From an uncultured Candidatus Binatia bacterium (GTDB taxonomy: Bacteria > Desulfobacterota > Binatia > Bin18), in assembly GCA_965214605.1 (NCBI GenBank), contig OZ243961.1, forward strand, positions 3,264,001 to 3,328,000: a stretch of DNA of 64,000 nt, written 5' to 3'. The position numbers and the translations under genes are program-made. Under the pieces are notes generated by a model. The model did no database searches and was not told the origin of the DNA. It saw nothing but the letters and a program-made list of their open reading frames with translations. Below, piece by piece: positions 1-10,222 of the stretch; the stretch's first letter is position 1, and each line of letters opens with the position of its first letter.

Positions 1-688
1 GCAGTTCTTGACTGTCCACTCGGATGAACGGGTTGATCGACTTTTCCTCCGCAACCGTTGACGGAATAGTTGGCTGATTCTTGGCTCGGGTCTCCGCGGC
101 CCAGCGGAGCTTGGCCTGGACGTCGGCGTTGTTCGGCTCTAGGGTCAGAGCGAACTCAAGATTTTTGATCGTGTACTCATGACCGGGGTAGATCTGGGTA
201 TCCTCGGGCAAAGAACTCAGCTTGACCATATTGTTATACATGTCTGCGGCCGTGCCCTCGAACAGCCGTCCGCAGCCGGCAACAAACAGCGTATCCCCGG
301 TAAAGGCCACTTTTTCAGCCGGGAAATAGGCGGCCACATGTCCGCTGGTGTGGCAGGGAATGAACAGAAAGCGACCCTCAAGATTCCCGATTGTGACCGT
401 GTCGCCCTCGTCAACCATGTGGCTGATACACGGCGTGCGGGTCTCGTCGCGTTTGTGGCCGTACACTTTTAGGTCGGGATATTCCTGGACCAATTCCTTG
501 TTGCCGCCAACATGGTCCCAGTGGTGGTGGGTGTTGATAATGGTGGTGAAATTCACCCCCTCACGCTTGACCGCATCGGCCACCGGCCTGGCTTCCGAGG
601 GATCGACCACGCCGGCCTCATTCGTGGTTTCGTCAATAACGAGATAGGCATAATTGTCGGACAAAACGGGGATGGTAATAATTTTCAT
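1..688 (-). CDS. gloB: Hydroxyacylglutathione hydrolase (glyoxalase II), 3' end runs off the window
   Basis: Not in the ORF track; manual translation gives MKIITIPVLSDNYAYL...THHHWDHVGGN...PCHTSGH...FTGDTLFVAGCGRLFEG...PGHEYT...EEKSINPF, all GloB motifs. RBS AAGGAG precedes the ATG at 688. Confidence 0.93.
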   Translation of the reverse strand, partial: MKIITIPVLSDNYAYLVIDETTNEAGVVDPSEARPVADAVKREGVNFTTIINTHHHWDHVGGNKELVQEYPDLKVYGHKRDETRTPCISHMVDEGDTVTIGNLEGRFLFIPCHTSGHVAAYFPAEKVAFTGDTLFVAGCGRLFEGTAADMYNNMVKLSSLPEDTQIYPGHEYTIKNLEFALTLEPNNADVQAKLRWAAETRAKNQPTIPSTVAEEKSINPFIRVDSQEL

Positions 689-815
689 CGGAGTCTCCTT
701 TGAGTTGAGAACAGGGCCAATCTATCGGACGTCTCTGAGCGGGGTCAAGTCAGTGTTGCGCGCCTGGCCCATCCTCGGCTAAGACGGAAAGGAAACCAGC
801 TCTTGGAGGCAAACC

Positions 816-1220
816 ATGCAAGGCGTTCTGGATCATATTGTGCTGAATGCGGAAGATGTTGAAGCCCTGGTGCGGTTTTATACCGAGGTGGTCGAGCTAG
901 CGCCCGAGCGCTTAGACGCCTTTCGCCAGGGCGAGGTACCGTTTCCCTCGGTCCGGTTGAACGCCGGCACGATCATTGATCTCGCTCCCAAGGCGATGTG
1001 GCAGGGGATGCAGCCACAGGAGCGCGGCCGGCCGAATCTGGGCCATTTCTGTTTGACCTTGGACAAGACCGACTGGGAACGTCTGCGCGGTCGGGTGGCG
1101 GCTAGCAACATTCCGATTGAAGGTCCGCTGCCCCGCTGGGGAGCACGGGGGAATGCCACGTCGATCTATTTCCACGATCCCGAGGGCAATGAGATTGAGG
1201 CGCGCTACTATGCGGACTGA
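816..1220 (+). CDS. VOC (glyoxalase/bleomycin resistance) family protein
   Basis: LDHIVL, GHFCL and IYFHDPEGNEIE metal-binding motifs; GGAGG RBS; divergent from gloB. Confidence 0.88.
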   Translation: MQGVLDHIVLNAEDVEALVRFYTEVVELAPERLDAFRQGEVPFPSVRLNAGTIIDLAPKAMWQGMQPQERGRPNLGHFCLTLDKTDWERLRGRVAASNIPIEGPLPRWGARGNATSIYFHDPEGNEIEARYYAD

Positions 1221-1815
1221 GTCTCTTCTTAGACCGCCCTAAGCTCCTGCAAGACCGACCGCAAGGGCTAGCCCGGCTTCTTTGCGCCGTACATATCACC
1301 TCTGAGCGATAGATTCCAGCCGTGTCTCCGACGTTCATAGCGCCCGTTGGCCGCGAGAAATCCGTCTGCCAGCGGCCCAGGAGCAAGGGTCCGGTACGCC
1401 CGAACGCCGCCCGCCTCAGGCAAGCTTCTCTTCCCGCTCCCGTAAGTGACTTTTGGTGGAAACGATTTCTCTGGCGAGAGCGGCAGGGCCCGAGAGAGAC
1501 GGCCTAGTGCCGGTCGAGGTTCTCCCGAGCGAGAAAAGCAGGTCGGGTTCTCTGCCGGGAAGCGTAGGGCTGGTCTACATCTGAAAAGGGGCCCTGCGGT
1601 CCACCTCGCTTCGCTCATGTTGCTTAGATATTCAGGAGCTTAAACACAAAGCTGGCCGGGACTTGAGGACTGTTTGAGGCTGTGGAGGCTATAACGACCT
1701 CCCTGGCCACGGGTATCTTTATCGGACCACTCCAGGGACTCCTCAGAGCTCATCTTTTGCGAGACCCGAGTGTGAGCTACCGGCAGAGGTGCGGTCCGTT
1801 CTCGACGCAGCCTCT

Positions 1816-2598
1816 CTAGCCTCGCCCGTGCTCGCGTAGAAAATCGTCTACGATCCGGTTGAATTCATCGGCTCGTTCAAAATAGACAGAGTGGCCGCAG
1901 CCGGGGACTGTGATGCATTGGGCGTGGGGAAATTGGGCCGCCACGCTTTCCATGGCTAGCGGTGGGGTCAAGACGTCTTCCTCACCAACAATCAACAGGG
2001 TCGGGATCTGATGCGCGACAATGGGCCGGGGATCGGACTTGAGGCTGAACAGGGCGACGCCTAGATTGGGGGCAACGTGTATGTTGAGAGCCACAATCTG
2101 CTGATACAGGAAAGTCAGAGCCGGCTCGCGTTGGGGAAACGTTGGCGAATAGGCGTTCTTTAGCAGCTCGGGCAAGCTGCCGCGTGAGCGTTGTTGAATA
2201 TCGGCCTGGGCCCGGATGGTCTGGCTGGTTTCGATCCCGCCCAAAGTGTCGCACAGGACCAGGCCGCTGGTTCGTTGGGGATAGGCTGAGGCAAACCCGC
2301 ACACCGTCCAGCCGCCCATTGACTGCCCGGCCAAAACGGCTTTTTCTACCGCAAGGTGATCAAGCAGGGCGACGAGGTCTTGCACGAACGCTTTGGGGCC
2401 AGGACCGTCTAGAACGTCCCGCGATAGCCCGAAACTCCGATGATCAAAGGTAATGACCTTGAATGATTGGGAGAAGGTGGGCACCTGCTGCCACCAGCTC
2501 AGATGGTTCCCACCGCCACCGTGGGCAAAAACTAGGGCCGGACCCTGGCCGTGCACTTCGTAGTACAGCTCAATATCGTTAATGTTTGCAAAAGGCAT
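1816..2598 (-). CDS. Alpha/beta hydrolase
   Basis: HGGGG oxyanion region, GQSMGG nucleophile elbow, GEED acid, GCGH catalytic His. Confidence 0.9.
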   Translation of the reverse strand: MPFANINDIELYYEVHGQGPALVFAHGGGGNHLSWWQQVPTFSQSFKVITFDHRSFGLSRDVLDGPGPKAFVQDLVALLDHLAVEKAVLAGQSMGGWTVCGFASAYPQRTSGLVLCDTLGGIETSQTIRAQADIQQRSRGSLPELLKNAYSPTFPQREPALTFLYQQIVALNIHVAPNLGVALFSLKSDPRPIVAHQIPTLLIVGEEDVLTPPLAMESVAAQFPHAQCITVPGCGHSVYFERADEFNRIVDDFLREHGRG

Positions 2599-2899
2599 AC
2601 GCCGCTCCTTCCCTTGGCTCCGTGCGGTCTCTGCGAGGCCACAGCCAAATCTTCATCTGAGCAGCCCGGTTCGCTTCACGCCAGCCCCGATTCGTCCATC
2701 TTCCGCCTGCCCCGGTCAGCTCTCGCCATCAGGTCGGTAGTCCCACAAGTGGTCCTTGAGGCCGTCTCGGGTTTTGCTACAAGCAGGGGAGTTTTGCAGA
2801 TAGCCAAGGCGCCGTCTTCTTTGTCGTCTGCCTTGGCACCGCCCTCCTTCTTGTCTCCTCCTCTGGACTGGAGAGGCTGTCTGTCAACCCAGGCTAGCC

Positions 2900-4132
2900 T
2901 CACGGGGTACGCTCGGTCATGATCTCGGCCTGCGAAGCCACCACTCGGGCCTCTTTGAGCCGTGCGATATGCTCCTCCGAGTAGCCTAACAAGCGCCCCA
3001 AGACCGCATCGGTGTGCTCCCCCAACAGCGGTCCCGGAGCCATCACACCGCCGGGCGTGGCCGACAGTTTGATGGGCGTACCGTCTAGCACCGCCTGACC
3101 CTCTTCCGGGCTGTTCACCCGCGCCCAATAGCCCCGGGCTTGAAGCTGTGGGTCACGGTCAAGATCTTCGCCGTTGGCCACGACCCCGGCCGGCACCCCG
3201 GCCTCTTGGAGCAGACGCATGACGTCGTGGGGCGTGTGGTGAGCGGTCCAGGCCTCAATAGAGCGGTCTAATTCGTCGTGGTTGTTCAGACGGGCGTCGA
3301 GGCTGGCAAAGCGATCCTGGCGGGTCCAAGCTGGATTGCCCAACACCCGACACAGGGCTTGCCACTCGTCTTCAGTAAACACGGTGATGGCACACCAGCG
3401 GTCGTCTCCTAGGCAGCGATAGATGCCGTGCGGCGCGGCCGGGGCTTCCTGAGAGCGGTTGCCCAGCGGCCCAAGGCTCGCCCCGTTGGCCGAGATGTCG
3501 AGTAGGGTCGGGCCGACGATGCTCGATATCGTCTCAAACTGTGACAGATCAACAAACTGCCCCTCCCCGGTGCGCCGGCGGTGCCATAGGGCCATGAGCA
3601 CGGCCAGCGCGCCGCTATAGCCGCCCGACATATCGGCGTAGGAGTAACCCCAGCCGGCCGGCTCCTTGCCGGCATGGCGCATCAACAAGGTATAGCCGGA
3701 CAGGGCCTGGAGGGTCGGGCCGTAGCTGACATAGTCTTTGTGCGGCCCGCTGTGGCCAAAGCCCGACATGCTGACAGCGATGATGTCCGGCTTGATCTGC
3801 TTGATGCTGTCGTAGTCCATACCCCAGTTGCGCATGACCCGTGCGCTGAAGTTGTCGATCACCACGTCTGACACCGCCACCAGCTTACGGGCAATCTCCA
3901 CCCCGCGTGGGTCGGCCATATTGACCACAGTGCTGTGCTTGCCGCGGAAGAGGTTTCCGGTAAAGCCGCCTCGGCGGGTGCCGAGGTCGAGCGAGTCGCG
4001 CCGCTCGATTTTTATCACCTCCGCGCCCTGGTCAGCCAGAATCCGGGTCGCTACCGGCCCGGCCACCACCCAGGTAAAATCAAGGATGCGGACGCCGCTC
4101 AGGGCACGTCGCCGGGCTTGCTGCTCACTCAT
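2900..4132 (-). CDS. Family III (CaiB/BaiF) CoA-transferase, catalytic Asp present
   Basis: LSGVRILDFTWVVAGP, GAEVIKIE, DNFS, YSYADMSGG, PGPLLGEHT. Confidence 0.93.
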   Translation of the reverse strand: MSEQQARRRALSGVRILDFTWVVAGPVATRILADQGAEVIKIERRDSLDLGTRRGGFTGNLFRGKHSTVVNMADPRGVEIARKLVAVSDVVIDNFSARVMRNWGMDYDSIKQIKPDIIAVSMSGFGHSGPHKDYVSYGPTLQALSGYTLLMRHAGKEPAGWGYSYADMSGGYSGALAVLMALWHRRRTGEGQFVDLSQFETISSIVGPTLLDISANGASLGPLGNRSQEAPAAPHGIYRCLGDDRWCAITVFTEDEWQALCRVLGNPAWTRQDRFASLDARLNNHDELDRSIEAWTAHHTPHDVMRLLQEAGVPAGVVANGEDLDRDPQLQARGYWARVNSPEEGQAVLDGTPIKLSATPGGVMAPGPLLGEHTDAVLGRLLGYSEEHIARLKEARVVASQAEIMTERTP

Positions 4133-4153
4133 AGCTGTCGTGCTCTCTGTCTG

Positions 4154-5167
4154 TCAGCAGCCGGTTACCACAATCTTGCCGAAGTGGGCCGCGCTTTCCA
4201 TACACCGCAGGGCGTCCTGAGCATGTTCAAAGGGAAAGACTTGATCGATAACGGGCTGGGTGTGGTTGATTGCCATGGCCGCATTCATGTCCTCAAACAT
4301 ATCGCGCGAGCCAACATAGATGCCCTGTAGCCGGATGCTCTTTTGGAGCACTGGCATGGGGTCTGTTTTGCTGCCAAAGCCCGACAGCACGCCGATCAGG
4401 CCGATAAAACCGCCAACCCGGATAGCGTGAAACGACTGACTCAGGGTTCCGGCTCCACCGACCTCGACCACATGATCGACCCCCACTCCGTCGGTGAGTT
4501 CCAGGGCGGCTTTGCCCCACTCGGGAGTGGTGTTGTAGTTGATCAGATGGTCGGCGCCTAGCTGCTTGGCACGCTCTAATTTTTCGTCGCTGCTGGAGGT
4601 GATAATCACCCGCGCGCCGGCCGCTTTTGCAAACTGGAGGGCAAAGATTGACACGCCGCCGGTTCCCATTACGAGGATCGTATCACCGGCCTTGATGTGG
4701 CCGACCGAAACGAGGTCCTGCCAGGCGGTGAGCGCCGCGCAGGGCAGGGTGGCCGCGTCTTCATACGACATATAGTCCGGGATATGGACAACACCGTCCT
4801 GGTCTAACACCACATACTCGGCCCACATGCCGTCGAGCGCCCCGCCGAGAGCGGACTGGGCATGGCCGGCCTTTGGACCGCCCGACAGCCAGGATTGAAA
4901 GAAGAGGCCGGCCACCCGGTCGCCGGTTTTGACCCGGCTGACCGCCTCGCCAGTCGCCACCACTTCCCCGGCCCCGTCGGACAGCGGAATGAGGGGCTGC
5001 TTGAGGCCGCGCAGGCCACCGTGTTTGACCGTCATCAAATCCCGGTAGTTGAGCGAGGTGGCTTTAACCCGAATGCAGATCTGCTCGGGACCCGGCTGTG
5101 GATCGGGCAGCTCAACGCATTTTAACTGTTCGATGCCAAACTCTTGGTTGATTTCCCAGGCGCGCAT
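4154..5167 (-). CDS. NAD(P)-dependent medium-chain (MDR) oxidoreductase
   Basis: SLNYRD, PLSDGAG, TLPCAALTAW, GTGGVS, HFGKIV. Confidence 0.9.
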   Translation of the reverse strand: MRAWEINQEFGIEQLKCVELPDPQPGPEQICIRVKATSLNYRDLMTVKHGGLRGLKQPLIPLSDGAGEVVATGEAVSRVKTGDRVAGLFFQSWLSGGPKAGHAQSALGGALDGMWAEYVVLDQDGVVHIPDYMSYEDAATLPCAALTAWQDLVSVGHIKAGDTILVMGTGGVSIFALQFAKAAGARVIITSSSDEKLERAKQLGADHLINYNTTPEWGKAALELTDGVGVDHVVEVGGAGTLSQSFHAIRVGGFIGLIGVLSGFGSKTDPMPVLQKSIRLQGIYVGSRDMFEDMNAAMAINHTQPVIDQVFPFEHAQDALRCMESAAHFGKIVVTGC

Positions 5168-5233
5168 GTGAGACTCCTTCCTGGTGTATCTATGGAGAAT
5201 ATCTTCGATTCCGGCCCGTGCCCTTTTCGCTCC

Positions 5234-6250
5234 TCACCCGGCAAAGGCTTCGACAATTTTCCGCCAGCGTTTGTCATTCATCCCCGGCCGATCGGGATGA
5301 TAGAAGGCCACTCGGTCGAGCAGGCCGTGGTAGCGTTCTTTGAGCAGCGCCGGAATTTCCTCCGGAGAGCCGCTCACCGCGTACACGTCGAGCATTTCAT
5401 CGGTAATCTCTCTGGCCATTGTCCGCCACTCGCCCTGTGCCGCTTTTTTGTTAAGCGCTATACACACCTCGCCCCAGCCGTGCACGTCCAACACCGGCTT
5501 ATAGGTCCGGGTTGAGGCGTAGAAGGAGATCTGGCTGCGGACCTTTTCACGCATGGTGTCGATTTCCTTTTGACTGTCGCCCATGATGACAAAGGCCGAA
5601 CTGGAGAGACACACCTCTTTGCGGCTGCGGCCGGCCTTGGCCGCGCCCTCGGCAATCCGCGGAAGAACGCACTCGCGCAGAAATTGGGCCGAATGAAACG
5701 GGTGGGCGTGAAAGCCGTCACACAGCTCGCCGGCGAGGCGACACATGTAAGGGTTGACCCCGGCGATATAGATAGGCACCTGGGGGTGAGTGATCTTGCC
5801 TGGATGAAAGGCCGGTGTCATGAGCGTGTGGCGGAAAAACTGTCCCTCGAATCGCAGTGGGCTATCGTTCTGCCAACAGTCCCAAATCGCCCGCAGGGCT
5901 TGGATGATTTCGCGCAGTTTCGGCCCTGGGGATTCCCACGGCACGCTGTAGCGCCGTTGATTGTGCCCCTTGACCTGGGTGCCTAGACCCAACACAAAGC
6001 GGCCGTTTGACGACTTCTGAAGATCCCAGGCGGTATAGGCCAGCGACATTGGGCTACGGGGGAACGACAGGGCAATCGCCGTCCCCAGCCTGAGCCGACT
6101 CGTGTTCGTGGCGGCCACGGCCAGGGGCAGAAACGGGTCGTGGGTGTTTTCCATGCTCCAGGCCGCATCAAAGCCGACCTCTTCGGCGTAGCGGGCAATG
6201 GCGATGGCCTCCTGCAGCGAGTGAGCGGTCATCAGGGTGTCAAGTTTCAT
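5234..6250 (-). CDS. LLM-class oxidoreductase, probable F420-dependent (TIGR03617-like)
   Basis: HDPFLPL, AIALSFPRSPM, LGLGTQVKGH, FYASTRTY. Start moved to the ATG at 6250 (MKLDTL) behind a GGAG RBS. Confidence 0.85.
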   Translation of the reverse strand: MKLDTLMTAHSLQEAIAIARYAEEVGFDAAWSMENTHDPFLPLAVAATNTSRLRLGTAIALSFPRSPMSLAYTAWDLQKSSNGRFVLGLGTQVKGHNQRRYSVPWESPGPKLREIIQALRAIWDCWQNDSPLRFEGQFFRHTLMTPAFHPGKITHPQVPIYIAGVNPYMCRLAGELCDGFHAHPFHSAQFLRECVLPRIAEGAAKAGRSRKEVCLSSSAFVIMGDSQKEIDTMREKVRSQISFYASTRTYKPVLDVHGWGEVCIALNKKAAQGEWRTMAREITDEMLDVYAVSGSPEEIPALLKERYHGLLDRVAFYHPDRPGMNDKRWRKIVEAFAG

Positions 6251-6462
6251 CTCCGTGCTCTCCTGTCTCGGGGCGACTTGGCGCCGAAGCCTGTTGTGCC
6301 CACAGCCTGAGACAACCATGTGCCCGACCGGAAATCAACGCCGGACTTTCCTTGCCCCGGTCTGCCGGTCGGTATAAGACAGGGTCAGGACACAAATGGG
6401 GAGCATCCCGTCTGTCACTCAGGCAAGAAGAGCGATGATCTCCATTGCAAAGGAGGGCAGGT

Positions 6463-7386
6463 ATGGCAGCTGGTAACACCCCGTGCGGATTCGCAATTCC
6501 CCAAGTTTTTCCCGATTCCGGTGTTGATATGGGCTTTGTGCGCGATTTCGTGCGGCGGGCCGAAACGCTGGGCTATGACAGTCTGTGGGTCCAAGAAACC
6601 ATTTTGAGCGATTTTCCTATTCTTGAGCCAGTGACGCTGCTGACCTATGTGGCGGCGCTGACTACCAAGCTCAAGCTCGGCACCTCGGTCATGATCACCA
6701 CTCTGCGCAATCCCTTGCAGCTGGCCAAGGCCCTGTCGAGCCTGGACTGCATGAGCGAAGGACGGCTGATCGTTGGCGTTGGTGGCGGCGGGCATGTGCC
6801 TGAAACAGTCTTTGGCTACTCCAAAGAGCATCGGATGCGGCGTTTTGTTGAGGGGCTCGATATTATGAAAGCGCTGTGGACAGAGTCCAAGGCCAGCTAT
6901 AGCGGGATGTTCTGGCAGCTCAAAGACGCGGCCATGGAGCCCAAACCGGTCCAACAGCCGCATCCGCCGATTTGGTTTGGGGCTCGTTCAGAGTCGGCCC
7001 TGCGCCGGGCGGTCCGCCACGGCGATGGTTGGATGGGGGCTGGATCGTCGTCGAGTGCCGACTTTGTCAGCCAGTATGGTCATCTACAGCGCTTTCTCGA
7101 CCAAGCTCAGCGCGATCCGGCCCGCTTTGCAATCTCAAAGCGGGTATATGTGGCGGTCGATAACGACCGCGACCGGGCCGAACGACGGCTGCGGGAGTGG
7201 TTTGGGGTGCGCTATAAGAGTGTCGACATGGCCTCGCAGGTCTCGATCTGGGGGAGCCGCCAGGAGTGTATCGATAAGCTTGGGGAGCTGATCCAGGCCG
7301 GAGCGCGGCATCTGATGGTCAACCCCGCTTTTGACGATATGGAGCATTTGGAGGTCTTTGCCCAGGATATTATGCCGCGGCTCTGA
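6463..7386 (+). CDS. LLM-class flavin/F420-dependent oxidoreductase
   Basis: AETLGYDSLWV, PKPVQQPHPPIWFG, RAVRHGDGWM; RBS AAGGAGG before the ATG at 6463. Confidence 0.88.
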   Translation: MAAGNTPCGFAIPQVFPDSGVDMGFVRDFVRRAETLGYDSLWVQETILSDFPILEPVTLLTYVAALTTKLKLGTSVMITTLRNPLQLAKALSSLDCMSEGRLIVGVGGGGHVPETVFGYSKEHRMRRFVEGLDIMKALWTESKASYSGMFWQLKDAAMEPKPVQQPHPPIWFGARSESALRRAVRHGDGWMGAGSSSSADFVSQYGHLQRFLDQAQRDPARFAISKRVYVAVDNDRDRAERRLREWFGVRYKSVDMASQVSIWGSRQECIDKLGELIQAGARHLMVNPAFDDMEHLEVFAQDIMPRL

Positions 7387-7494
7387 TAAGCTAGCCCGAT
7401 AGGCTCTGGCCCGTGACACAGGTCATGAGCCTACTCGCTCGCCCTGACATCGGGACGGGGACTTCGGGGGTGAGCAGTCAGCATGAGGGCGACA

Positions 7495-7745
7495 TGGAGC
7501 AGGACGCGCGGTGGTGCGTCGCTCCGGTGGGGAAAAGTCGAGACGAGTCATTGCAGAGTACCGGGGACGCTTGATGCCCGAAGAGACGGCGACGGCCTCT
7601 TGATGCTCTGGTTGGACCCTGACAACGCCTCCCTCCTCCGGCTGGCCACGACACACGGATTGACCACGTATGACGCGAGGTCCCGAGAATCCCACGAGCA
7701 GCCACTTGCTCCCCTTGACCCCAAACTCCGCGCGGCGACACAGAC
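7495..7745 (+). pseudogene. Frameshifted remnant of a VapC-like PIN-domain toxin
   Basis: Collinear fragments in different frames: GRAVV / ASLRW / VIAEYRGRLMPEE / LLRLATTHGLTTYDA / PLAPLDPKLRAA. These match the PIN pattern AVVPxLW..AERRGR..LAxxHGLTxYDA..PLATLDxxLRxAA. Boundaries approximate. Confidence 0.6.
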
Positions 7746-7845
7746 TGATAGCGCTCATAGCATAAGAGCAGCTGTGTAAAGCCCCGGCTGACCGCACCCG
7801 ATGGGGCGGCCGGTTACCGTCGACAGTCACGGCGGTGTGTCGCCC

Positions 7846-8781
7846 TTACTGTTCGACCACTTGGGGCTGCTGCTTGGGGGGGAAGAGAAAGGAGGCCGCG
7901 ATTGAGATGCCTAAAATCCCAGCGATGATACCGAGGGAGGCACCGATCGGAATCTTATAGATATCGGCCAGTAGCATCTTGACCCCCACAAAGCTCAACA
8001 CACAGCCTAGGCCGTAGCGCAGATAGACGAACAGCTCTAGGACGCCGACGACCAGGAAGAACTGGGCGCGTAAGCCCAGGACAGCAAAGACATTTGAGGT
8101 GTAAACAATAAACGGCTCGTTGGTGACGGCAAAAATGGCCGGGATCGAGTCAATGGCAAAGACCAGGTCGGTGGTCTCGACCGTGATCAGCACGACCAGC
8201 AGGGGGGTGGCAAACCGGCGACCGTCACGCCAGACTATAAAACGTTGGCCTTCATAGCCTTGGGTGATTGGCATAAAGCGCCGCAGTAGCTTGAGGGCCG
8301 GATTATTGCCCGGGTCGGTGTGCCCGTCTTCCCTGGCCAGCATGCGTATGCCGGTAAAGACCAGAAAGGCCCCAAATATATAGATGACCCAGTGGAAGTG
8401 GTGGAGCAGGGCGGCGCCGATTCCGATGAAGAAGCCGCGCATAACGAGCACGCCCAGAATGCCCCAAAACAGCACCCGGTGGCGGTATATCTCCGGCACC
8501 GAAAAGTATGAAAACAGCAGGAGGAAGACGAAGATATTGTCGACGCTCAACGACTTTTCTATGAGATAGCCGGCAAAAAATTCGAGCGCCCGCTCTTTGC
8601 CGTAGAAGAAGTAGATGGTGATATTGAACAGCATGGCCAGGCCAACCCAGAGGATACTCCACAGGGCGGCCTCTTTTTTCGACACCACATGGGCGTGGCG
8701 GTGGAAGACGGTCAGGTCAAGGAGCAATAGCCCCAGCACCACGACCGTAAATACGAGCCACATCCACAGATCAATATACAT
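7846..8781 (-). CDS. terC: TerC/Alx family integral membrane protein
   Basis: YLIEKSLSVDNIFVF, ETTDLVFAIDSIPA, YTSNVFAVLGLR. Confidence 0.93.
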   Translation of the reverse strand: MYIDLWMWLVFTVVVLGLLLLDLTVFHRHAHVVSKKEAALWSILWVGLAMLFNITIYFFYGKERALEFFAGYLIEKSLSVDNIFVFLLLFSYFSVPEIYRHRVLFWGILGVLVMRGFFIGIGAALLHHFHWVIYIFGAFLVFTGIRMLAREDGHTDPGNNPALKLLRRFMPITQGYEGQRFIVWRDGRRFATPLLVVLITVETTDLVFAIDSIPAIFAVTNEPFIVYTSNVFAVLGLRAQFFLVVGVLELFVYLRYGLGCVLSFVGVKMLLADIYKIPIGASLGIIAGILGISIAASFLFPPKQQPQVVEQ

Positions 8782-8793
8782 GACGTACTCTGC

Positions 8794-9678
8794 TCATTCC
8801 CCCATCAGACGGACGCTGATTTCCTGATACCGGGCGGCCGCCCGGTCGATAATTTCGGGCGGCAGGTGGGGGGCCGGCGGTTTTTTGTCCCAGTTGATCG
8901 ACAGCAAATAGTCGCGAATGATCTGCTTGTCGTAGCTGTCTTGGGCTGTCCCGGGTTTATAGATGTCGGTTCGCCAGAAGCGGGACGAATCCGGGGTAAA
9001 GACCTCGTCGATGAGGAGGAGCTGACCGTCTTTGAGACCAAACTCAAACTTGGTATCAGCCACCAGGAAGCCTTTGGTCTTGACCACGGCCAGGGCATGG
9101 CGATACAGGGCCAGGCTGATTTCACGCACCTGTTCGGCCAGTTGGCGGCCGATCAAGCGCTCGACTTCTTCAAACGAAATGTTCTCGTCGTGCTCGCCTT
9201 CGGGCGCCTTGGTCGATGGGGTAAAGAGGGGTTCGGGCAACTCCTCGCTCTCACGCAGTCCGGCTGGCAGCCGAATATTACACACACTCTGGGTCCGGCC
9301 GTACTCCTTCCAGCCCGAGCCGGCTAGGTAGCCGCGCACGATACACTCGACCGGGAGCGGCTTGGCCCTTTTGACCAGCATGGTGCGGCCCGCTAGCTGC
9401 TCGCGGTACGGCTGACACTCGGACGGAAAGTCCGCCACCTCTCGCGAGATCAGATGATGCGGAATAAACTCGGCCAGCTGCTGAAACCAGAACCCCGAGA
9501 CTTGGGTGAGGACTCGACCTTTTCCCGGAATCCCGTCGGGCAAGACCACGTCAAAGGCCGACACTCGGTCGGTGGCAACGATCAGCAGATAGTCCTCCGT
9601 TTCATAAATATCCCGCACTTTCCCCCGGCGGGGGGCGGGGAGGCCCTCAATCGTCGTTTCTAAGACAAGCTCACTCAT
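8794..9678 (-). CDS. purC: SAICAR synthase
   Basis: RGKVRDIY, TDRVSAFD, ECIVRGYLAGSG, DTKFEFG, DEVFTPDSSRFW. Start set at MSELVLE (9678). Confidence 0.96.
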   Translation of the reverse strand: MSELVLETTIEGLPAPRRGKVRDIYETEDYLLIVATDRVSAFDVVLPDGIPGKGRVLTQVSGFWFQQLAEFIPHHLISREVADFPSECQPYREQLAGRTMLVKRAKPLPVECIVRGYLAGSGWKEYGRTQSVCNIRLPAGLRESEELPEPLFTPSTKAPEGEHDENISFEEVERLIGRQLAEQVREISLALYRHALAVVKTKGFLVADTKFEFGLKDGQLLLIDEVFTPDSSRFWRTDIYKPGTAQDSYDKQIIRDYLLSINWDKKPPAPHLPPEIIDRAAARYQEISVRLMGE

Positions 9679-9700
9679 GGCGCTCTTCTCACCGTTCTTC

Positions 9701-10183
9701 TCAGAGTTGCTGCTCAAGGACCCTAGAGGCTTGCCGGGCGCGATGGGCTGTGAGCCGCTCGGCCAGGGCCGGGTCTGACAGCGACAGAATTTGAGCGGCC
9801 AGCAGACCCGCGTTGGCCGCCCCGGCATCGCCAATAGCCAGGCTGGCGACCGGGATGCCTTTGGGCATTTGGACGATGGACAGCAGCGAGTCCAGACCGT
9901 TGAGGGCTTTTGACTGCATGGGCACGCCAAGGACCGGCAGCAGCGTTTGGGAGGCAATTACGCCGCCTAAATGGGCCGCCCCGCCCGCCCCTGCAATAAA
10001 AACACGCACGCCCCGCGCCTCGGCCTCTTTGACATAGGCGGCTAGGGCATCCGGAGTGCGGTGAGCCGATAGGATGCGGTTTTCGTGCACAACCTCAAGT
10101 TCGGTGAGCGTCTCGCTCGCCCCCCGCATGCTTTCCCAATCGCTCTTACTCCCCATGATAATTGCTACACGTGCCATCCCCAC
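9701..10183 (-). CDS. purE: N5-CAIR mutase
   Basis: [38 protein letters not shown]. Start may be 10177. Confidence 0.96.
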   Translation of the reverse strand: MGMARVAIIMGSKSDWESMRGASETLTELEVVHENRILSAHRTPDALAAYVKEAEARGVRVFIAGAGGAAHLGGVIASQTLLPVLGVPMQSKALNGLDSLLSIVQMPKGIPVASLAIGDAGAANAGLLAAQILSLSDPALAERLTAHRARQASRVLEQQL

Positions 10184-10222
10184 TCCCTTAATTCCAGCTG
10201 GGTGTCGGACCGCTCTGTTCTT

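Noticed and set aside
6338-6360. AAGGAAAGTCCGG on the minus strand, resembling the RNase P RNA P4 motif
   Set aside because: The intergenic region is too short and the complementary 3' P4 signature is absent.
8782-8793. yybP-ykoY riboswitch before terC, and a fluoride riboswitch before crcB (49525-49528)
   Set aside because: Gaps of 12 nt and 4 nt leave no room for either.
9679-9957. N-terminal extensions in the ORF track (purC, also 31219-31458, 41417-41515, 49525-49617, 53323-53388)
   Set aside because: They overlap neighbouring genes or promoter regions; downstream starts fit RBS position and family length better.
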